A stretch of DNA of 64,000 nucleotides from Macrostomum lignano (Eukaryota): NCBI GenBank assembly GCA_002269645.1, contig NIVC01000516.1, positions 62,001 through 126,000 of the forward strand, read 5' to 3'. Position numbers and translations under genes: made by a program. This document shows positions 23,745 through 41,900 of this stretch, piece after piece; position 1 is the stretch's first letter; every line of letters starts with the position of its first letter. The notes beneath the pieces were generated by a model, which did no database searches, was not told the DNA's origin, and saw only the letters and a program-made list of their open reading frames with translations.

Positions 23745-24659
23745 GACAGTTCGCGTCATCCAGCGCCGTCTGGCGCCCGACGTCTCGCCAGCCAGCATCA
23801 GCGAACTCCGCTGACGCCTCCGCCGCCTACGCCGCCCCCGCCGCACTCGGTGACCCTAGTGGAGAGCGGTCCCCACCGCGACCGGGTCAGCTGCGCCAAG
23901 TCGCCAGCTCGAGTCACTCGTCATCCTCCAATGACTGCCGGCGCCTCCACCGCCGCCAGTCGCGCTAAACGCGCCAGCAGCTTCAGCGACACGTCGGCTT
24001 CGAGCGTGGACGATCATCGACAACTGCCTCATCAGCAGCATCAGCCTGATGACTCCACTTCGCTAATCTCCACCGAGCTCACCCTGCGCTGCCTGTGGGC
24101 CCAGGCGCGACACGCCGCCGCCGTCGCCCGACGCGACCTCGCCTCGGCTCGCGCCAACCTCCTAGCCGAGGCCGACGCCGCCCTCGCCGAGCTGCGCGAT
24201 CTGCGCGCCGATTTGCTTCGCCGTCGCCGCGAGGCCGAGGCCTGGCGCTGCGCCGTTGCCGCCGACGCCACCCTGGCCAGTTTGGAGTCGGCGGCCGAGT
24301 CGATGCCGCCAGCTGGCCAGTTCGTCGCCGCCGCCGACGCCGCCCGGGCCGCCGCCGTGGCCGCTCGTCGAATCCGGGCGCCGGCCGACTGCGACGTTGA
24401 TGGCCTCTCAGTTGACGATCTTGTCGGCGAACTGCGCCGATTGTCGGCCGGCCTGGCCCGAGCGCCGTTGAATTCGACCTGGCCGGACGAGCTGCTCGAC
24501 AATGCGGCCGGGGTTGCCGACGATCAGCGACTCGCTGGCGAGTGCGCCCGGCTGCTGGCCGAGGCCTGGCCGCTGTGCCGCCGGCGACTGGCCGAAGCAA
24601 ACGGCTTGGCTGCCAGGGCCGCCTGCGACCGACTGTCCGCGGCTGTGCTGCTGCACTGA
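23745..24659 (+). CDS. Large terminal exon, Ala-rich coiled-coil protein, possibly HAUS8/QWRF (augmin)-like
   Basis: Acceptor TTTTGCAG at 23744; long GC-rich open frame to TGA; Ser/Pro-rich linker then helical region LRCLWAQAR.., loosely like the QWRF motif. Family assignment is weak. Confidence 0.55.
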   Translation, partial: DSSRHPAPSGARRLASQHQRTPLTPPPPTPPPPHSVTLVESGPHRDRVSCAKSPARVTRHPPMTAGASTAASRAKRASSFSDTSASSVDDHRQLPHQQHQPDDSTSLISTELTLRCLWAQARHAAAVARRDLASARANLLAEADAALAELRDLRADLLRRRREAEAWRCAVAADATLASLESAAESMPPAGQFVAAADAARAAAVAARRIRAPADCDVDGLSVDDLVGELRRLSAGLARAPLNSTWPDELLDNAAGVADDQRLAGECARLLAEAWPLCRRRLAEANGLAARAACDRLSAAVLLH

Positions 24660-24856
24660 ACAAATTTTTTGGCTCGATGCTGACTAAAAATAGACGATTG
24701 ACTGGGGGGGGGGGGCACCAACGTTTCTTAGAATATACTTTTTAAGGCTCGCTGGTTGCGCACTCAAGAAATACACTAACGAGATAGGAACCTATTAGCT
24801 ATGCTATATACACATGATAATACGGCATGAATAGCAACAGGATTTTTCATTTAATA

Positions 24857-25452
24857 CAGGGGTCCGCACACTTCCATATACAAAATATGGTCTGTCGGTA
24901 GGTATTTATCTATCTAGGTAGGTAGGTAGGTATGTGATCGTTTTTGCCTAAATGGCTAGATAAAAAACCTAGTGCATGACTGCTGGCCAGAGGAGGTGAG
25001 AGAGGAGAGATAGAAGAGAGGAGAAAGAGAGGGGAGAGGAGAGAGAAGATATAGGAAGAGAAAGGAGAGATAAAAAAGAGAGAGGAGAAGGGAGAGGAGA
25101 CAGGAGAAAGATTAGAAAAAGGAGAGGAGAGAGAAGAGAAGGAGACGAGAGGGAAGAGGAGACGAGAGGGAAGAGGAGACGAGAGGGAAGAGGAGACGAG
25201 AGGGAAGAGGAGACGAGAGGGAAGAGGAGAGGAGAGAGAAGAGAAGGAGAGGAGAGGAAGAGAAAGGAGAGGAGAGGAGAGGAAGAGAAAGGAGAGATGA
25301 AAAAGAGAGAGGAGAAGGGAGAGAAGGAGATTAGAGAGAAGAGAGCTGAGAAGAGACGCAAACCCTGAGCGGGCCGGACTGCTATTGTGAAGTTTCGAAG
25401 GACCCGAGAACCGGATAGAGAGGCTTTGCGGGCCGGATTTTGCGGACCCCTG
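24857..25452. mobile_element. Non-autonomous hAT-type MITE (596 bp) with internal (GTAG)n and purine-rich repeats
   Basis: Perfect 12-bp TIR CAGGGGTCCGCA/TGCGGACCCCTG; 8-bp TSD ATTTAATA (24849-56) / ATTTGATA (25453-60), 7 of 8 identical. Confidence 0.85.
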
Positions 25453-25464
25453 ATTTGATAGGAT

Positions 25465-25680
25465 AGCTTGTTAGGTAAAGCCGTCTGCTGCTCGGACTAC
25501 GACCCCTTGGTTCGATTCCGTACGCAGCCTGCACCAAAATTGGCCAGATGGATTAACACCCGTGAGGGCCAAACCCCCAAGTCACAGGGAGTGTACACTG
25601 CCTGAGGATTAGAAAGTCAAAGGGCCGCTGTACACCCCGTGTGAGCGTGTGTATGAATTCGTGCCAGCCTCCAAAATAAT
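25465..25680 (+). mobile_element. SINE family S1 copy
   Basis: A-box-like TAGCTTGTTAGG, B box GGTTCGATTCC, body GGGCCAAACCCCCAAG..GTGTACA..AGGGCCGCTGTACAC. Confidence 0.75.
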
Positions 25681-26019
25681 TATCTAAGAAAGCGAATTTT
25701 CCCGTCCTGGTTTTCTTTGTCCAGCTTATTTCTGTGCTCAATTATAAACAATGTTTTATTTGCATTTATAATAAGTGCTCATTATTATCGTGTCCACGCC
25801 TTTCTACTAGTTAAATAAAGTTGATTTCATCCGATTAAACACTTGAATAGTTTTTCAACAGTTTATTTTTACGCCCAGCTAATATTGCTGTAGCATTACA
25901 TTTTCTGCGCTTGTTTATTTACTCAATTAACTGCACTATGCTACTGTTAGTAGAGCGTTGTAATTTATACGGAACATTCTTCGTTCCTCAGTCGTTCTTA
26001 TCCCCGTTAGCATCACTAA

Positions 26020-26720
26020 TCCCATTATAATCCCATCCCCATTTCTAACCTAATCCCATCCCCATTCTCATCCCTAATCCCATCCCCATTTCTAACCTAA
26101 TCCCATCCCCATTTCTAACCTAATCCCATCCCCATTTCTAACCTAATCCCATCCCCATTTCTAACCTAATCCCATCCCCATTTCTAACCTAATCCCATCC
26201 CCATTTCTAACCTAATCCCATCCCCATTTCTAACCTAATCCCATCCCCATTTCTAACCTAATCCCATCTCCATTTCTAACCTAATCCCATCCCCATTTCT
26301 AACCTAATCCCATCCCCATTTCTAACCTAATCCCATCCCTATTCTCATCCCTAATCCCATCCCCATTCTCACCCTAATCCCATCCCCATTTCTAACCTAA
26401 TCCCATCCCCATTTCTAACCTAATCCCATCCCCATTTCTAACCTAATCCCATCCCTATTCTAATCCCTAATCCCATCCCCATTCTCACCCTAATCCCATC
26501 CCCATTTCTAACCTAATCCCATCCCCATTTCTAACCTAATCCCATCCCCATTCCCACACTAATCCCATCCCCATTCTCATCCCTAATCCCATCCTCATTC
26601 TCACCCTAATCGCATCTTCATTCTCATCTCTAATCCCATCCCCATCCCATCTTTACTCCCTCCTCAATCCTATCCTCGTTCCTCTTCCAAATCCCATCTT
26701 CATTCCCACTCCTAATCCCC
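26020..26720. repeat. 23-bp tandem repeat (ATCCCATCCCCATTTCTAACCTA)n, G-rich on minus strand
   Basis: About 25 clear units, degenerating to the right. Confidence 0.95.
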
Positions 26721-26838
26721 AATCAGATTCCTCAGCAAAACCCGAATCCCGCATCTTTAATCCTCAGATTTTCAGCCTCCCAACGCCGGCGCAGCTTCTC
26801 AAACAGCCTCTCCATCCCCCGCAAGAAAACGCAGCGCT

Positions 26839-27411
26839 ATGCCAGGCAACTCATCGCGTCACGGCAAGTCCCGGCATCACCACCGCCACCATCGCGAGCA
26901 TCGAGACAGCTCGAAGCGGCATCGACGCGATCGATCACCGTCGCATTCGTCCTCAGATGGCAGCGACGCTAAAGACAGGAACGGCGGCAGCAGAAGCTCC
27001 GACATTCATCTGTCTCGCATCGGCAACGAACAAGATCGGGAGCGTCGAGTGGCCGAAATCGAAGCCGACGACGGGTTCCGTCCGGCCGCGTTCGTCTCGT
27101 CCCGTTCCCGAGGCGGCGGCGGCACCAGCAGCGGCGGCGGCGGCGCCAGCAGCGGCGGCTACGCCAAGATGATGAACGAGCGGGGACACGATAGCGCCAT
27201 TTTTGGCCGAGGCGAGGAGGCCGGGATGGCGGCCGCAGCAGCCGCGATGGCCGAGGCCGAAGAGGCGGCAACGGCGACGGCTGGGGAGACGACCGAAGCT
27301 GTCAGAGTCCGGGAGATTCTGCATCCGTTGCTGACTAAAGATCTGGTTAAGGCTTGGGAAGAGTACAGGACTGCCCTGTTGGCCCAGCTGCGGCTGCGAA
27401 GGTCGCAATGA
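26839..27411 (+). CDS. RSRC1: Single-exon 190-aa Arg/Ser/His-rich protein, RSRC1/SRrp53-like
   Basis: RS-like N-terminus. RVAEIEADDGFRPAAFVSS and ILHPLL..AWEEYRTALLAQLRLRR resemble the remembered RSRC1 C-terminal blocks (EIEAIESDSFVQQTFRSS; LAHPNLF..EEKWFKRLIALRQER). Confidence 0.55.
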   Translation: MPGNSSRHGKSRHHHRHHREHRDSSKRHRRDRSPSHSSSDGSDAKDRNGGSRSSDIHLSRIGNEQDRERRVAEIEADDGFRPAAFVSSRSRGGGGTSSGGGGASSGGYAKMMNERGHDSAIFGRGEEAGMAAAAAAMAEAEEAATATAGETTEAVRVREILHPLLTKDLVKAWEEYRTALLAQLRLRRSQ

Positions 27412-27429
27412 TAGACAAAGTTTGTATTG

Positions 27430-28235
27430 TGTCCGCCTTCTGTGTTTTGTGTCCGTCTTCTCACTGTGTCTTGTGTCCGTCTTCTCACTGTGTTTTGTGT
27501 CCGTCTTCTCACTGTGTCTTGTGTCCGTCTTCTCACTGTGTCTTGTGTCCATCTTCTCACTGTTTCTTGTGTCCGTCTTCTCACTGTGTCTTGTGTCCAT
27601 CTTCTCACTGTTTCTTGTGTCCGTCTTCTCACTGTGTCTTGTGTCCGCTTTCTCACTGTGTCTTGTGTCCGTCTTCTCACTGTGTCTTGTGTCCATCTTC
27701 TCACTGTTTCTTGTGTCCGTCTTCTCACTGTGTCTTGTGTCCGTCTTCTCACTGTGTCTTGTGTCCGTCTTCTCACTGTGTCTTGTGTCCATCTTCTCAC
27801 TGTTTCTTGTGTCCGTCTTCTCACTGTGTCTTGTGTCCGTCTTCTCACTGTGTCTTGTGTCCATCTTCTCACTGTGTCTTGTGTCCGTCTTCTCACTGTG
27901 TCTTGTGTCCATCTTCTCACTGTTTCTTGTGTCCGTCTTCTCACTGTGTCTTGTGTCCGCTTTCTCACTGTGTCTTGTGTCCGTCTTCTCACTGTGTCTT
28001 GTGTCCATCTTCTCACTGTTTCTTGTGTCCGTCTTCTCACTGTGTCTTGTGTCCGCTTTCTCACTGTGTCCTGTGTCCATCTTTTCACTGTGTCCTGTGT
28101 CCGCCTTCTGTGTCTTGTGTCCGTCTTCTCACTGTGTCTTGTGTCCGCTTTTTCACTGTGTCTTTCGTCCGCCTTCTGTATCTTGTCTCCGTCTTCTGTG
28201 TCTTGTGTCTCTCTTTTTACTGTGTCTTGTGTTTG
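27430..28235. repeat. 24-bp tandem repeat (TGTGTCCGTCTTCTCACTGTGTCT)n immediately 3' of the RSRC1-like stop
   Basis: About 30 units. Confidence 0.96.
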
Positions 28236-28864
28236 CTTTCTCGAGTGTTTTTTATGTTTTCTCAAATACTGTGTCCTTATATGCATTCATGCTAATGCGT
28301 GGCATTTTCCTTTATATTAAGGCATACTTATCCAAATATATTAGTGTTAAAAAGACAGAATTATGTAAATTTAAATAGCAGGTGCCAAACCAGGAGCCTG
28401 CAGTGGTTAAAATAAGTTAATTAGTCCGTAATTTGTTTTTTAAATTATTATTTTCTTCTGTTGCTAAAAATATACTGCAGAATGTGCGATTATAACAGTA
28501 GAAGTTGAGCTCAAGTTGCCTATAAAAGTAAAAAGCTTGCATTGCATTAACTATTCTCAATTCTAAATTAATTATTTAAACAGATCCGACGACCAACTGA
28601 CTGACCAACTGCTTAACTAGACTAAAATCCTGTGCGTACGGCCGGCTTGAGTAGCCACCGCCCTAACTCTCCGTTAGATACAGTTAAGTCTTGAGTTTTG
28701 ACCATCGTCATCAGTGTAACACAGCTTTTAGGTAGGCCAAGGAGGCCCTGAGAGCTAGAGCTTGGACTGGAAAATTCCGCTAATTTATGGAGCTTCCTTC
28801 AAAAAAAGATTTGGTTTGTTATAATCGGTTCAAGCCAACTCAAAGTTATGATAAATTTACTAAA

Positions 28865-29176
28865 ACCGGCGAGAGGCATTACTGCCCATTCCGCCGACTC
28901 CCCTGAGCAGGCACACAAGCGCGCGGATACGTACGCAGTCATACGCACAGGCACACACAGGAGTGTACAGTGGCCCTAACTTTATTTATCGTTAGGCATG
29001 TACACTTCACTGCGCCTTGGGGGGTTGGCCATCACGGGCGTTCGTAATTACACGAGCAGAGCCAAGCCGAGATTCCAATTTATCCCCAAACTAATGTTGA
29101 CTGTACTTTGGAATCGAGCCTGGGCCGCTGGCACACCAGAACGCCGCGCTGGACCACTGAGGCTACGGACCCCCCG
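28865..29176 (-). mobile_element. SINE family S1, most complete copy
   Basis: Minus strand: A box TAGCCTCAGTGG, B box GGCTCGATTCC, then the conserved body ending at the GGCAGTAATGCC hairpin. Confidence 0.85.
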
Positions 29177-29519
29177 CGGTCAGCCTTACAGTCGTAAACA
29201 ATCGGGTGGGGTTTTGGAAACCAACTGCAAATCCGAGTTCCGCTTCTTGGTCTCCTTGGCTACGCTCAATACGCTTTAGGGGGGGGGGGTAGGGAGAGGG
29301 CGGATGTGTCCACACCACGCCTTTTTTCTAATCCTATCCTTTGTCCGTCTGGCTATCACAGATCGACGGTTGCCGGAGAATGTGGAGAGAGAGAGACGCT
29401 AGAGTACATTCCGCGAGCCATCTATAAAACCCGCCTCCAGTGTTATTTGGCTGGATATAAATTAACTGCATCTTACCTGTAGACGTCTCTGAGTCAAGAC
29501 GTTTTTGAACTCTTCAACG

Positions 29520-36256
<6,737 letters not shown>

Positions 36257-37204
36257 TTCGACTTTTGATGAACCTGATATAAAATGAAAACTTATTGTCA
36301 CTATCGTCACTCGCTAATTGCCAGCATATCTACGATCGCACTAATGCATATTGCTTATCTCTGATTGGCTAGCGGTCACCCACTCCTACGCTCTCTGTCT
36401 CACTCTCTTCTCTCTGATTGGCTAGCGGTCACCCACCCCTCCTCTCTCTTTATCATTCTCCTCTGTAATTGGCTAGTGGTTACCCACCCCTACGCTCTCA
36501 GTCCTCACTCTCTTCTCTCTGATTTGCTAGCGGGCACCCACCCCTACGCTCTTTGTCTCAATCTTTAAGGTCGTATCTATAGTTTAGCTTTCCTGTATCG
36601 TCAAATCACAGTTCTATTGTCATAACTTGTTAGGTTAATATTTTTAATAATTTAGCCAGTAAATTGCTGCGCAAAAATCAGCATCACGAATGCTCTGCTT
36701 CACAAAGAATTGGATTGTAGTGCAATGAGTTTTCGTTTCCAGTTTGTCTGACTGTTAGATTTTTCCTTTCTATCGGGACATAATGCCCAAAACAGCACCC
36801 CTTACAGCACTTAAAGTTAAGAAGAAAACTAAATATAAGTTAAGAGTAGTATGAAAACCCTTGTAGCAATTAGTCCAAAAATTGTTGTCTAAGTTAAGCA
36901 AATCAAAAATATAAACTACTGCGAGAAACAATATTTTGCCAACTGAATATCCATAGTTCAAGCAACTGCGTGACAACTGTCTTTTATTCTGTTTGTTTAG
37001 AAAAGAGAATGCTTTTACAAAAAAATCACAGAAAATTTTCTGTTCTGTTTGTACCAAAAAATACGAAGCGTACATTCAATATCTTAGTACTTTTTGTGGC
37101 AAAATGTTTTGAAGCTTCCATGTTAATTAAAATGAAAAGTTAATTCTCGTTGGACTCAACTTGAATCAGAGATAAAATCTTGGAGGCAGTGAGGCAGTGT
37201 GCAG

Positions 37205-37615
37205 GAGGATATGCAGAGCGTGAGGGTGTTTTTGAGAGCTAGATGTGAGGTGGGTGTTTTGGCGGTAAGGCGTGGGGTAGTTGTTTTGGGGGCAGGGCGT
37301 GAGTTGAGTGTTTTGGGAGCCAGGCGTAAGGTGGGTGCTTTGGGGGTAAGGCTTGAGATGGGTGTTTTGGCGATTTAAGGCGTGGGGTGAGTGTTTGGGG
37401 GGTAAGGGGTGAGGTGGGTGTTTGGGGGTAAGGCTTGAGGTGGGTATTTTGGCAATGTAAGGCGTGGGGTGGGTGTTTGGGGGGTAAGGGGTGAGGTGGG
37501 TGTTTGGGGGGCCAGGCATGAGGTGGGTGTTTTTAGGGGTAAGGCGTGAGGTGGATGCTTTGGAGGTAAGGCGTGAGGTTGGTTTTTTGGGTGAGGCGTG
37601 AGGGGGAGGTTTTTC
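37205..37615. repeat. Degenerate second array of the 27-bp G-rich family, between plastin and the ion channel gene
   Basis: Same AAGGCGTGAGGTGGGTGTTT core and same orientation as 34305-34990. Confidence 0.9.
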
Positions 37616-38106
37616 AAATGGTAATTCAAACCATATCTAAGAAACAAAAAAACTGCTATCTGATCTTTCTTCTGTCACTATGAGTATAAAAAACAATATA
37701 AGATCTTATGCTGTAACGAACATTAATGGGAAAATTAAGAAATACGAGTATGATATTTTGCTTGGTTTGCGCTGCTCAGCATGTCATTTGTTCGAAGAAA
37801 TTTTCGAATTTCAAAAAACTTTTTTTAAGTCAAACCATCTTTCCCAGTTTTATATTCAGGTCATTTTTTCACCGGCTTAGCAGCGCAAGGCAAAAAGTGC
37901 ATGAAAAGTTCTGAAAAAGCCACACAGATTTTGCGTAACGGGTTTTATTCACACCAGCTCATAAAAATTAACGATTTAATAAATATAAGTACGATATAAA
38001 TATTGCTCAAAGCAATTCTGATTTATAACACTGCAATTATCTATAACAGAAGCTGCACGAGTGGGTTCTTTATAAAGCTCGGACGGGACAGACTTTCTGG
38101 CGCAGG

Positions 38107-38870
38107 GACGGATGGGATCTCGGGATAAGTTGGGACGGGATCCCTGGATAAGTTGGGATGGGATCTCGGGATAAGTTTGGACGGGATCTCGGGATAAGTT
38201 GGGACGGGATCTCGGGATAAGTTTGGACGGGATCTCGGGATAAGTTGGGACGGGATCTCGGGATAAGTAGGGACGGGATCCCTGGATAAGTTGGAATGGG
38301 ATCTCGGGATAAGTTTGGACGGGATCTCGGGATAAGTTGGGACGGGATCTCGGGATAAGTTTGGACGGGATCTCGGGATAAGTTGGGACGGGATCTCGGG
38401 ATAAGTAGGGACGGGATCTCGGGATAAGTTGGGACGGGATCTCGGGATAAATTGGGACGGGATGGGATCTCGGGATAAATTGGGACGGGATCTCGGGATA
38501 AGTTGGGACGGGATCTCGGGATAAGTTGGGACGGGATCTCGGGATAAGTTGGGACGGGATCTCGGGATAAGTTGGGACGGGATCTCGGGATAAGTTGGGA
38601 CGGGATCTCGGGATAAGTTGGGACGGGATCTCGGGATAAATTGGGACGGGATGGGATCTCGGGATAAATTGGGACGGGATCTCGGGATAAGTTGGGACGG
38701 GATCTCGGGATAAATTGGGACGGGATCTCGGGATAAGTTGGGACGGGATCTCGGGATAAGTCGGGATGGGATCTCGGGATGAATCCGGATGGAATCTCGG
38801 GACAAGTCGGGATAAGATCTCGGGATAAGTCGGGATGGAATCTCGGGACATGTCGGGACGGGACGAGTTG
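38107..38870. repeat. 23-bp tandem repeat (GGGACGGGATCTCGGGATAAGTT)n just downstream of the ion channel stop
   Basis: About 32 units. Confidence 0.96.
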
Positions 38871-38930
38871 GGATTTGGGATTTTGAGCAAAAATCCCCAT
38901 CCGAGCACTGAATCTTTGCGGACAATGGGC

Positions 38931-41900
38931 TCAGAAAAAGATGAAGTGACACCAGTAGCCGGTGAAGAAAATGCTGAAACTAAGCGGGAACAGAACGCGA
39001 GAGAATTTGTCAATTTTTCGCGCGATCTGACGTGAATTCGGGGCCCAGGTCTTCCAGTCGCCGTATGTGTATTCATTGACCAGCTTCTTGGCCTGCGTTA
39101 TAGGAGGGAAATGGGGGGGGTAGCAGGTTGCAGAATCGGGGCAGATTGTAGAATCGGGGGGTAGCAGGTTGTAGAATCGGGAGTAGCAGGTTGTAGAATC
39201 GGGGGTAGCAGGTTGTAGAATCGGGGGTAGCATATTGTAGAATCGGGGAGTAGCAGGTTGTAGAATCGGGGAGTAGCAGGTTGTGGAATCGGGGGTAGGA
39301 GGTTGTGGAATCGGGGGGTAGCAGGTTGTAGAATAGGGGGTAGCAGGTTGTGGAATCGGGGGGTAGCAGGTTGTAAAATCGGGGGTAGGAGGCTGTGGAA
39401 TAGGGGGTAGCAGGTTGTAGAATCGGGGAGTAGCAGGTTGTGGAATCGGGGGTAGGAGGTTGTGGAATCGGGGGGTAGCAGGTTGTAGAATAGGGGGTAG
39501 CAGGTTGTAGAATCGGGGGTAGCAGGTTCCAAGTCAGGCCCGGACTCGCTCACCATCAGAGGCGACATGAACGGATCCTGGGTGTCTCCTTCCTGCGCGT
39601 TGCCATTCATCGATCTTTTCGCCGCCGCCTTTCGAATTCGCCTGGTGACACGCCGGATCTCATTTCTAGCCATGGTGTTGACCATGGCGAATTCGAGCAT
39701 CGCGCTGAACACATACATCACTGTGACGCCCATCCAGATGTCGATGGCTTTGATGTAAGACGCTTTTGGCAGCGTCATCCACAGGCCCATGGACTGTGTG
39801 GTCATTGACAGGACGGTCATCACGCCTGAATTCGAGCATAGATTTGGTAAAGGTTACTACAGGGCCAAGATTTTGAACAATGGTAGTCAAGGGAGTCAGG
39901 GGCCGCGGCCTCCCCTCCCTCAGTCGCCTCCACAAAAATTGCGCACCTCCAAAAACTTAATGAAAGAGATAAACTCAACAGGAGCTCAACATTGGCCCCT
40001 CGTGGACGTGAAATCCACCGGGCTAAGAGACAGGGTAAGGCCGCCTAACAAGAGACAGGGCCGCCTAACAAGAGACAGGGCCGCCTAACAAGAGACAGGG
40101 CCGCCTAACAAGAGACAGGGCCGCCTAACAAGAGACAGGGCCGCCTAACAAGAGACAGGGCCGCCTAACAAGAGACAGGGCCGTCTAACAAGAGACAGGG
40201 CCGCCTAACAAGAGACAGGGCCGCCTAACAAGAGACAGGGCCGCCTAACAAGAGACAGGGCCGCCTAACAAGAGACAGGGCCGCCTAACAAGAGACAGGG
40301 CCGCCTAACAAGAGACAGGGCCGCCTAACAAGAGACAGGGCCGCCTAACAAGAGACAGGGCCGCCTAACAAGAGACAGGGCCGCCTAACAAGAGACAGGG
40401 CCGCCTAACAAGAGACAGGGCCGCCTAACAAGAGACAGGGCCGCCTAACAAGAGACAGGGCCGCCTAACAAGAGACAGGGCCGCCTAACAAGAGACAGGG
40501 CCGCCTAACAAGAGACAGGGCCGCCTAACAAGGGACATGGCCGCCTACCAAGGGACATGGCCACCCAAAAAAGACATAGCCGCCGAACAAGAGACCAAAT
40601 ATTGGGGCCCCTTAGGGTTGCGATCCCTTCCAGTTAGAATTCCTGCCTACCCCACTGCGGAGAGCAACACTTTCACAGATGCACTCTAAATCTATATCGC
40701 TATTCTTACATCTTTCCTAGTCCACTTCATCACCTGTCATTTTAGCTTAAGCCCTTCAGAGTTCCGGTTCACGGGAAACCGGATCCTAGACACGGTGCTG
40801 GCTTCTGAATTTTTCATGCTCCACCTCTATCTGGTTTAGTATAAAGTCAGTTTTTTCTATGGGGACCCAAAGAAGAGTTACTTCAAACTAAAAAAATATT
40901 CGTTGCAAATATGGATAATTGATATTTGCAACGTTTCATGCCTGAAAAGTGCCGTTTCTGACATCGACTCATAATCGAGAGAAGTTAGTTTACACAGGAA
41001 GGTTAACACACTGACCCAACGATATCCGTGCTGGCACGGCTTCAATGCTGATCCAGAAGGACACCCAGGACAGCACGACAATGAGAGTGCTGGGCACGTA
41101 GTACTGAATCAGGTATACGGCAAACACTCGACGAAGTACAAAGTGCACCCGCAGACAGGGGAACTCGCCTGAAAATTGCGGAGAAGTGAATATTGTAGTG
41201 AGTGAAACGAGGCTAAACTGCTTGTTGTAGTCGATAGTTGCCGAAAGCTTGCAGGCGAGAATAATAGCGATCAGTATATTTATTGAATTATTGAGCTGAG
41301 TCAGAATGGTGGCTAAAGTCGCACCATGCACATTTGATATTGTACGCATAAGGGTTGAGCTAGCAGAGCCACGCGGCGCAGCCGCTAACAACCCCCCAAC
41401 ACACACGATAGTAGGCGCTGCCTACAAATATCAATACTTTGATGAACCGCTAGGCTTCAAGGCTCTTGCCCTTGGCCCTTGCCAGCATCTATCAGTCCGG
41501 CCATTGTCCGGCGTTGAGTCGGCAAGCTTAATCACTCACTCACTGACAACCAGGCCCTTACAGCCAGTTTCGAGTCGGCAGGAATCACCACTCCAGTTTG
41601 CACCTCTCTGTAGCAGGTAACCCTTACAAGATACCGAGGGCATGCGGGCTCAGAGTCCTTCACCGAGTGTTCAACGGAACTCAGAGTCCACTACCGAGTG
41701 TTCAACGGAGCTCAGAGTCCCCTACCGAGTGTTCAAACAAGAGTCCACTACCGAGTGTTCAACGGAGCTCAGAGTCCACTACCGAGTGTTCAACGGAGCT
41801 CAGAGTCCCCTACCGAGTGTTCAACGGAGCTCAGAGTCCCCTACCGAGTGTTCAAACAAGAGTCCACTACCGAGTGTTCAACGGAGCTCAGAGTCCTCTA

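Noticed and set aside
26020-26720. Interstitial telomere
   Set aside because: No tandem TTAGGG or TTAGG units; only a partial motif within a 23-bp unit.
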